DNA of 41,245 nt. It comes from a virus. The stretch lies in UHGV virus genome UHGV-0086138; one strand, given 5' to 3'. Every line of letters begins with the position of its first letter. Positions within the stretch are counted from its first letter, which is position 1. Below, piece by piece: positions 26,840-33,421 of this stretch. The notes below the pieces were generated by a model. That model saw nothing but the letters and a program-made list of their open reading frames with translations. It made no database searches and had not been told where the DNA came from. The translations under genes were made by a program, and so were the position numbers.

Positions 26840-29388
26840 TGGCAGCAAACGAATTTTTGACGCAGTGCGAGCGCAGTGTAAATGCTGCCGCTGGTCGCGA
26901 GCTTTCTTCCGATGAGATGGAGTCGCTGGTGCGTGACATGAACGACACCACTAGGCGAATTCTGGCGACCAATGAGGCGCTGTCTCTGGAAGAGGCCGCG
27001 ATGCGCGCAGCGGAAGAACTGAGCAATACCGATATGCTGGCAAAACAGATTGAGGCTCGCAATAAGGCAATCAACACCCGTATTGCAGCACAACGACTTA
27101 GAGAGCTTCGTACTATCTGGAAAGACCGCCCGGATATCGGGCTTGAAGCAATGCTGGTTGGCCGCAACGATGCGCGTACCGGCGCCCGCCGGTCGGTATC
27201 TTCGGAGGTGGCGCAACTGCGCGGCAAGTATCATTCCGGTATCAACTACGATTTTGACCGTGCCGGGCTAGTGCAATTCATCGCCAGCGGCAGCAATGAC
27301 AGGGAAATTGCCGATGCAATGTGGCGCATAGGGCGCGGGCAGTCAACTGACGGTATGACAAAGCAATCCGTAAGCGCTGCACAAATCATCATGAAATGGC
27401 AGGAAACTGCGCGCATTGATGAGAACCGCGCCGGGGCATGGATACGCAAAGAGCCGGGCTATATAGTGCGCCAGTCACACGATATCATGAAGATCCGCGC
27501 CGCAGGTTATGAAGCATGGCGAAATGCTATTCTCCCGCGCCTTGATGAGCGCACTTTTGACGGCGTGGCTGACCGCGAGCAGTTCATGCATAACATTTAT
27601 AACGGGCTGGCTTCCGGCGTGCATCTTACATCTGAAAAGCCAGATTGGATGAATGGCTTTAAGGGATCGGCGAACGCAGCTAAACGCGCCAGCCAAGAGC
27701 GAATTTTGCACTTCAAAGATGGTATCTCGTGGCACGAGTACAACCAGCAATTCGGCACCGGCAGCCTGCGAGAGGCGCTGTTTGGTGGCTTAAACAGCGC
27801 TGCCCGCACAACGGGCATGATGCGCGTACTGGGCACTAACCCACAGAACATGTTTAAGTACCTGACGGACACCATTGCTGAAGATATCAGCAAATCCGGA
27901 AGACCGGCAGCGTTAGCTGACTACATGACGAAGGTGCGTCGCATTAACCGTACCGTAATGCCGCAGGTTGACGGCTCGCTAAATATTCCTGGCAGCGTAG
28001 GCTGGGCCAATGCGTCGGCGGCTGTACGCGGCTGGTTGCGTATGAGCCAGCTTGGTGGCGCGGTAATCTCATCGTTTAACGACGTGCCTATCGCCGCTAC
28101 CGAGATGCGCTACCAAGGGCAGAATTTTATGCAGGCGTTGCTTGGTGCTATGAGAGGCCGCTTCACGCGTTACAACAGCGCGGAGCAGAAAGAGATCCTT
28201 TCCTCTATCGGAGTTTATTCCGACTCCATGACGCAGGAAATCATCCGGCGCATATCTGGTGATGACACGCTGAATGGAAAACTTGGTCGCGCGCAGCAGC
28301 TTTTCTTTAAGTACAACCTCATGAACTTCTGGACCGAGAGCGGTCGTAACAGCAACGCCATGATGATAACCAACTGGCTTGCAAAGAATGCTGACCAGTC
28401 TCATGCGCGGCTACCGGAAGACCTGCGACGCGTGCTGGATCTGCACGGTATTGGCGAACGTGAGTGGGAAATTTTTCGCAACATGGACATGGCCGATAGC
28501 GAAGGTCGTAAGTTCATGACGACCAGCGGCATGCGCGGCGTGCCTGACGAAGTGATTGCCGGTTATGTAGAGAGTAAGGGGATCAAACCAACGCAGCGCG
28601 CTATCGCTGACGCACGCGATCAATTGGAAGGGCAGTTGCGCGGCTACATCCTTGACCGCCTGAATATCGCCATGTCAGAGCCTGGCGATCGCACGCAGGC
28701 GTTTATGAAGATGGGCACGGTGCCAGGAACGGTGGCTGGGGAAGCAATACGATTCGCTGGTCAGTACAAATCGTTCACTGCAAGCTTCATGCAGAACGTA
28801 CTAGGACGCGAAGTATTCGGGCGTGGTTATATTCCTGCTGGGCTTGGTGAGTCGAAAACCGGATCGCTGACGAATGCGCTGCTACGTAACGGGAAGGGGG
28901 CTTTCCTTGGTGCTGCAAACCTCTTTGTCTGGGCGACTATGTTTGGTTATATCTCCATGCAGTCAAAACTCATGCTGAAAGGGCAAACACCACGCCCGGC
29001 AGATGCCAAGACGTTTCTCGCAGCCGCATCTCAGGGGGGCGGTCTTGGCATCTTGGGTGACTTCATGTTTGGCGAGGTCAACCGCATGGGGGCCGGGCCG
29101 GTTACGTCGCTAATGGGACCGGCTGCATCGAACGCTGACAGCATTATCACGCTGCTCCAGCAGACCACGAGGGGGGATGCAGATTTGGGTGACTGGTATC
29201 GCACGGCACTTGACAATACGCCATTCCTCAACGTGTTCTGGCTTCGTACGGCGATGAATGGTTTAATATTGAACCGGATACAAGATGCCCTTGACCCAGG
29301 CTCTCTTGAGCGTTATCAGCGCCGTGTTGAGCGTGAACAGGGTAACGACTTTCTGATCCCACCATCGCAGTTCATGCTAGGGAAGTAA
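26836..29388 (+). CDS. internal virion / DNA-ejection protein
   Basis: 850 aa; synteny with large podovirus ejection proteins. Confidence 0.5.
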   Translation: MMAANEFLTQCERSVNAAAGRELSSDEMESLVRDMNDTTRRILATNEALSLEEAAMRAAEELSNTDMLAKQIEARNKAINTRIAAQRLRELRTIWKDRPDIGLEAMLVGRNDARTGARRSVSSEVAQLRGKYHSGINYDFDRAGLVQFIASGSNDREIADAMWRIGRGQSTDGMTKQSVSAAQIIMKWQETARIDENRAGAWIRKEPGYIVRQSHDIMKIRAAGYEAWRNAILPRLDERTFDGVADREQFMHNIYNGLASGVHLTSEKPDWMNGFKGSANAAKRASQERILHFKDGISWHEYNQQFGTGSLREALFGGLNSAARTTGMMRVLGTNPQNMFKYLTDTIAEDISKSGRPAALADYMTKVRRINRTVMPQVDGSLNIPGSVGWANASAAVRGWLRMSQLGGAVISSFNDVPIAATEMRYQGQNFMQALLGAMRGRFTRYNSAEQKEILSSIGVYSDSMTQEIIRRISGDDTLNGKLGRAQQLFFKYNLMNFWTESGRNSNAMMITNWLAKNADQSHARLPEDLRRVLDLHGIGEREWEIFRNMDMADSEGRKFMTTSGMRGVPDEVIAGYVESKGIKPTQRAIADARDQLEGQLRGYILDRLNIAMSEPGDRTQAFMKMGTVPGTVAGEAIRFAGQYKSFTASFMQNVLGREVFGRGYIPAGLGESKTGSLTNALLRNGKGAFLGAANLFVWATMFGYISMQSKLMLKGQTPRPADAKTFLAAASQGGGLGILGDFMFGEVNRMGAGPVTSLMGPAASNADSIITLLQQTTRGDADLGDWYRTALDNTPFLNVFWLRTAMNGLILNRIQDALDPGSLERYQRRVEREQGNDFLIPPSQFMLGK

Positions 29389-29389
29389 T

Positions 29390-29761
29390 ATGAACAGAAT
29401 TATATTAATGATTATTCTTATGCTTTTAGTTGTAAAATCTTTTGCAGATACTACCTCACCGTTAATGATTCAGCCTAAAAATGGGGAAACACTGGAGGAT
29501 TCTAAAAAGCATACAATGGAATATTTTGGATGTATAAAAGGGCAGGTCGTAAAATACGCTAAGACAGGAGAAAGTGTTGATTCTATATCCAAAGCTTCGG
29601 TTGTGTCATGCGAGTCGTACATACAAAAGATTGCTGAATCAAATATATACTATTTAAATTCCTCTCAAGACGGTAAGCGGAAATTTATTGGAAGGCTTAA
29701 ATCAGATGGTGAAAATTTAGCAACGAAATTTGCTATGGATGAAAAGCTAAAAAATAAATAG
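29390..29761 (+). CDS. secreted protein with signal peptide (accessory gene)
   Basis: N-terminal hydrophobic signal (MNRIILMIILMLLVVKSFA); strongly AT-rich codon usage; GGGAAG RBS. Confidence 0.5.
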   Translation: MNRIILMIILMLLVVKSFADTTSPLMIQPKNGETLEDSKKHTMEYFGCIKGQVVKYAKTGESVDSISKASVVSCESYIQKIAESNIYYLNSSQDGKRKFIGRLKSDGENLATKFAMDEKLKNK

Positions 29762-29769
29762 GTGACTAC

Positions 29770-30066
29770 ATGCAAGCGATAGGATTCATTGTTTATATCG
29801 TCGTTGGTCTTTTTCAGTTGGCAGCAATTATGGCTGGGCTTGAATCATGGTGGGGATTGCACTGGATAATTGCAGCCCCCATTGCTTTCATCGTGAGCTA
29901 TATTCCATTTGTTGGAGCGATTGTTGGTATGGTTGGCGCTGTGGATGTATGGCGGTGGGAGTGGTGGCAGGCTGGCCTTCTCTTCTTTGGTGGGATCATC
30001 TTTGCTATTGTCTGCGGTGGAATGTCATCATTTTTCGAATGGCTATCATTCAGAAAAGGAACGTGA
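29770..30066 (+). CDS. small integral membrane protein (3 predicted TM helices)
   Basis: 98 aa, W- and G-rich hydrophobic segments; AGGTGA RBS; stop within 14-bp palindrome and followed by terminator. Confidence 0.5.
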   Translation: MQAIGFIVYIVVGLFQLAAIMAGLESWWGLHWIIAAPIAFIVSYIPFVGAIVGMVGAVDVWRWEWWQAGLLFFGGIIFAIVCGGMSSFFEWLSFRKGT

Positions 30067-30075
30067 CATGTCACA
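30062..30075. repeat. 14-bp palindrome CGTGACATGTCACA (copy 3, reverse-complement orientation)
   Basis: contains stop codon of 29770..30066, adjacent to terminator hairpin. Confidence 0.8.
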
Positions 30076-30100
30076 GGCCGCTTTCGCGGCCTTGTTTTTA
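30075..30100 (+). terminator. rho-independent terminator after accessory genes 29390..30066
   Basis: hairpin AGGCCGC-TTTC-GCGGCCT followed by TGTTTTT. Confidence 0.65.
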
Positions 30101-30259
30101 ACGAATGCCACCGCCGCCCGGGCGGGAATCCGCAGAACGCCCACCGCAGCGGGAGCCGTCAGCGGCAGTATCGCTGTCGTGCTGACAACGACCGGCAAAG
30201 GCCTGAGTTGAAGCTACCAGAGACAACAAAACGAACAGTGCAGCAAATGCTTTTTTCAT
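30098..30259 (-). CDS. small secreted peptide candidate
   Basis: 53 aa from ATG 30259: signal-like MKKAFAALFVLLSLVASTQAFA then Gly/Arg-rich tail; weak RBS. Confidence 0.3.
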   Translation of the reverse strand: MKKAFAALFVLLSLVASTQAFAGRCQHDSDTAADGSRCGGRSADSRPGGGGIR

Positions 30260-30352
30260 TGTGACATTTCCATCTATAAGCCACCTCAATGTGGCGTCAA
30301 TGAGTGTAGCACTGACTTTTGTTTCGTCCACAAAAAAGCCCTCGCCGCGGGC

Positions 30353-30877
30353 TTACCAAAACTTGTACCACGGGGATTTATCCTTCAATGGACAATCCTT
30401 CCATCGTGTGGCTAACCATTCATATTCTTTAAAATATGTGTTTATGTTTTCTTTTTCTCTAATAGCTTGTATAAGAGGTAGCGCAATCTGATAGTTATTT
30501 ACAACGGAGCTGTAAAATACTTCCTTAATCATGGTCTCATCATAAGTTTTCCGCTTCACGCTCACAGCCATGCGTTCGTAGAAACCTAGACAGTAAATTA
30601 TTTCTCTCTTCTCTATCTTTTCTTCATCCGTAAGATCAGCCTGCCCATTGCTTGGATACATATAAGAGCGGAATGATTTGTTCGACTCGTGAATGCGGCG
30701 CATAGTAGATAGGCCTTTCTTATAATCTACATCAAACCTGCTTTCACCAAGGAATACTGAAGTGTGTACTTTTCTCGCTGTATTTACATTATAAATAATA
30801 GTAGCGATAGCTATGAACAAGCCAAGCGAAACCGCGACTGCACTTACGATTTGAGCCACAGCCATGGCAAATTGCAT
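30353..30877 (-). CDS. membrane-anchored protein of unknown function (AT-rich accessory gene)
   Basis: N-terminal TM helix then about 140-aa soluble domain; start ambiguous between ATG 30877 and GTG 30892. Confidence 0.5.
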   Translation of the reverse strand: MQFAMAVAQIVSAVAVSLGLFIAIATIIYNVNTARKVHTSVFLGESRFDVDYKKGLSTMRRIHESNKSFRSYMYPSNGQADLTDEEKIEKREIIYCLGFYERMAVSVKRKTYDETMIKEVFYSSVVNNYQIALPLIQAIREKENINTYFKEYEWLATRWKDCPLKDKSPWYKFW

Positions 30878-30910
30878 TTCTTCACTTAACACAAACTGTC
30901 TCCAGACATG

Positions 30911-30933
30911 AAAACGGGGCCTAATGGCCCCGT
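30911..30933 (-). terminator. intrinsic terminator within leader upstream of membrane-protein gene
   Basis: 8-bp GC stem ACGGGGCC-TAAT-GGCCCCGT followed by T-run on minus strand; lies between mini-ORF and gene start. Confidence 0.55.
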
Positions 30934-31020
30934 CATTAAACTATCCGAATGTTAAACGCCTTCGTACTCGTCAAATTTTCTCATGTGGGCTCCTCCTGTA
31001 TCGGTGCCTAATCGCTATGG

Positions 31021-31037
31021 ATCACCCGTAAGGTAAT
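31021..31037. promoter_or_regulatory. operator-like palindrome ATCACCCGTAAGGTAAT
   Basis: upstream of minus-strand mini-ORF/leader and membrane-protein gene. Confidence 0.5.
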
Positions 31038-31081
31038 AGTACTCTATTCACCACCCTGTCTGCAATCGTACAGAATTATTT

Positions 31082-31099
31082 AAAAGCACATCCATGTGC
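31082..31099 (-). terminator. weak terminator downstream of antirepressor gene
   Basis: short hairpin GCACA-TCCA-TGTGC followed by TTTTAAAT on minus strand. Confidence 0.35.
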
Positions 31100-31108
31100 C
31101 ACCGCCCG

Positions 31109-31819
31109 TCAGAAGAACCCTGCCTTGTCGTTGATGTATTCCGCGTGCGTCTGGATATCACGCAGGCATTTGCTCACACCGACGATGTAGCAGAACATGG
31201 TGGTCAGCTCCGCCGCCGCGCCCGATACGTCGTGCCCGTCTTCCTGTAACTGGTTCAGCAGATTCATCAGCAGTGAGTTCTCCGTCAGGCCGAGAACACC
31301 AGACGGCGAGTGAATCAGGCTGCGGTAGCCGGGCTTCAGCGGGGCGCTGTAGGTTTTGTTCTCTATCTTCATTGCCTGCATCACTGCTGATGCTGTGGCG
31401 TTTGCAACCTGGTCGGCAACCATCTTTATGCGTTCTTCCTGCGGGAGCGAGTTTTTAATGTAACTTCCGGTGCGGCGGATCTGAGGAAGAACCTCACCTG
31501 TAACCCATTTACGAAAGCGGTAGGGGATAGTGCCTGGTGTCACTGCGTCGCGGCAGCGGAGGATCAGTGTGTAGAGGCCTGACTCGGAGATGATGTTGAT
31601 CTCTTTTACTCGGCTGTCAAAAATTGCACGATGTTCATGCCCTATGTTGAACATAGACCTTTCATCATCATCCAGTTTTTCAAGTGCTTGGGTGACGTTT
31701 TGGATACGCAGCGCACTACAAACGTCTTGGGCTACAAACCATGGTTGGCCATCGATAATGATGGAACGGATAGGGTTAACAGATTCAAATTTGAAGATGG
31801 CAGTTTGAGCATTAGCCAT
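31109..31819 (-). CDS. antirepressor (Bro-N domain plus C-terminal antirepressor domain)
   Basis: Bro-N-like N-terminus (FKFESVNPIRSIIIDGQPWFVAQDV); ATG 31819 with GGAG RBS; C-terminal domain paralogous to 32969..33226. Confidence 0.75.
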   Translation of the reverse strand: MANAQTAIFKFESVNPIRSIIIDGQPWFVAQDVCSALRIQNVTQALEKLDDDERSMFNIGHEHRAIFDSRVKEINIISESGLYTLILRCRDAVTPGTIPYRFRKWVTGEVLPQIRRTGSYIKNSLPQEERIKMVADQVANATASAVMQAMKIENKTYSAPLKPGYRSLIHSPSGVLGLTENSLLMNLLNQLQEDGHDVSGAAAELTTMFCYIVGVSKCLRDIQTHAEYINDKAGFF

Positions 31820-31975
31820 GGTGGTTATCTCCACTTAGTGATTTTAATCACCACCGCAACGCCAATTACTGGTGGTGAACTGGACAAGGTTGGCGTACCG
31901 GCCTAAGTGGTACCGGCGTCCTTTCGGACCCCTGCCCAGCCCACCATAATTCGGATATAGCTGTGCTTAACGCAT

Positions 31976-31997
31976 AAAAAAACCACGTCTGGCGTGG
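31976..31997 (-). terminator. intrinsic terminator inside antirepressor leader (minus strand)
   Basis: hairpin CCACG-CCAGA-CGTGG followed by T7 on minus strand, about 160 bp upstream of ant start. Confidence 0.5.
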
Positions 31998-32087
31998 TAT
32001 GCGCCACTTAGTAACTCGGGACGCCAATCCCGGCACTGGATTTTGCCAGTACCCGATTACTATGGCACAAGAGGAGTGCGATGTAAA

Positions 32088-32104
32088 TTTACCGCAAAGG
32101 TAAT
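32088..32104. promoter_or_regulatory. operator-like palindrome TTTACCGCAAAGGTAAT at antirepressor promoter
   Basis: overlaps -10/+1 of a putative minus-strand promoter (TTGATT...TTATCAT). Confidence 0.55.
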
Positions 32105-32181
32105 GATAAACGCGAAGAAATATTAAAAATCAACCGTATTTGGTTGGTTGCGTTTAACGCTTGATCACCTGAAAGCAAGAT

Positions 32182-32198
32182 ATTACCTTTAAGGTAAT
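32182..32198. promoter_or_regulatory. operator-like palindrome ATTACCTTTAAGGTAAT
   Basis: 20 bp upstream of the 32218 gene RBS. Confidence 0.6.
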
Positions 32199-32217
32199 GT
32201 TATTGTGAGGAAAAGCA

Positions 32218-32946
32218 ATGGAAGTTTTCTGGATAGTTGTTGGTGTGGTTGCGGTGATTATTTATGTTATCAACCAGAACAAGACTAAGATCTCTGATCG
32301 TACGGTCGTTAATCATAACAAAACGATAAAGACCGAAGATGGGGAGATAACGATTAATCGTACACAGGTGATAGAACACACCTCTACTCAGTTTCAAAAA
32401 ACTGGAGGTAATGCGCCTAATATTTCCGCACCTCCTGCTTATGATAGTGCGGTAATCCAGACATATTATAAACAGCAGGAGTTAGCAAAAGAGAGGCAAC
32501 TGATTCAGCCAAAGCCGTTTACAGCTGAGCTTCCACCTGGAGTGTCAACGCGTCCGGCATATCATGGAAGATTCCCTGGTGATGACATATCGTCTCAGTC
32601 ATCTAAAAAAGCACCTCAGGCAGTATCAGAGCCAGCAAGAATACCTTCTGTATCGCCGCCAAAAGAAGAATCAGCTAACAGAGTTTCAAGTGGTAGCAAG
32701 CAGTGCTTGCGATGCAGAATAAACCTACCATATGAAAAATTCAGGAAATCGTCAAAAAATCCAGATGGATTGACTAAGTGGTGTGCAAGGTGTCTCGATG
32801 GCCCAAAGAATACACGCCATATGAAGTGGTGCCCAATTTGTAATGTCCGCAGAAAACGAACCAGCTTTTACCCTAATAATCAAAATGCGGACGGATTAAT
32901 GGCATGGTGCAAAACGTGCTGGGATGAGCACAAAGCGAAACGATAG
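32218..32946 (+). CDS. membrane-anchored protein with duplicated C-terminal CxxC zinc-ribbon-like motifs
   Basis: N-terminal TM helix; two repeats of C-x2-C ... DGL-x-(K/A)WC-x(2)-C; GAGGA RBS. Confidence 0.5.
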   Translation: MEVFWIVVGVVAVIIYVINQNKTKISDRTVVNHNKTIKTEDGEITINRTQVIEHTSTQFQKTGGNAPNISAPPAYDSAVIQTYYKQQELAKERQLIQPKPFTAELPPGVSTRPAYHGRFPGDDISSQSSKKAPQAVSEPARIPSVSPPKEESANRVSSGSKQCLRCRINLPYEKFRKSSKNPDGLTKWCARCLDGPKNTRHMKWCPICNVRRKRTSFYPNNQNADGLMAWCKTCWDEHKAKR

Positions 32947-32968
32947 GCCGCTCTTGCGGCCTTTAAAT

Positions 32969-33226
32969 TTACCGGGTTTGTTTTCGTAATTGTTCGGCAC
33001 AATAGTCGAGATGTGTTTGCAGATCCCGCATAGACATCTGTGACCTGGTGACGTAGTTAATCAGTGCAGTCAGTTCGGCAAGTGGGCCATCGACATTAAA
33101 TCCATCCTTATCGAGATCCCGGAGTAATTTCATCAAGTGCGATCCCTCCACCAGTGATCTGACGCCTCCCGGCGTGTGAATCCTTTCGGTAAATCCGTCT
33201 TCCAGTGGATAGTGATACTGCTGCAT
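32969..33226 (-). CDS. small antirepressor-domain protein (paralog of Ant C-terminal domain), LexA-box controlled
   Basis: ATG 33226 with GGAG RBS; 86 aa aligns with C-terminal part of the 31109..31819 product; near-consensus LexA box lies upstream, which argues against the track start at 33349. Confidence 0.55.
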   Translation of the reverse strand: MQQYHYPLEDGFTERIHTPGGVRSLVEGSHLMKLLRDLDKDGFNVDGPLAELTALINYVTRSQMSMRDLQTHLDYCAEQLRKQTR

Positions 33227-33245
33227 CTTATCTTCTCCATACGAT

Positions 33246-33265
33246 AACTGTATATTTATACAGTA
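33246..33265. promoter_or_regulatory. LexA (SOS) box AACTGTATATTTATACAGTA
   Basis: CTGT-N8-ACAG with AT-rich spacer, 18 of 20 matches to consensus TACTGTATATATATACAGTA; about 20 bp upstream of the 33226 start. Confidence 0.7.
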
Positions 33266-33301
33266 ACAAATAATTTGTTTGCTATCCAGCACGTTTTGCA
33301 A

Positions 33302-33318
33302 ATCACCTGAAAGGTAAT
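33302..33318. promoter_or_regulatory. operator-like palindrome ATCACCTGAAAGGTAAT
   Basis: in divergent region between small antirepressor gene and tailspike gene. Confidence 0.55.
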
Positions 33319-33421
33319 ATCTGTTCGTATTTATGGGTTGTCTATCCATATGTGGTTTTTTAGGTAATAGAATGACCAGATATGCGGCGCAACGGGTGCT
33401 GCGACTATCTGGAGATTTAAC

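Noticed and set aside
26024-27234. Minus-strand ORFs of 274 and 199 aa inside internal virion protein genes
   Set aside because: Shadow ORFs in GC-rich coding sequence; translations low-complexity
32969-33349. Long form of the small antirepressor ORF starting at 33349
   Set aside because: Would place a near-consensus LexA box and an operator palindrome inside coding sequence; internal ATG at 33226 has a GGAG RBS and matches the paralogous domain boundary
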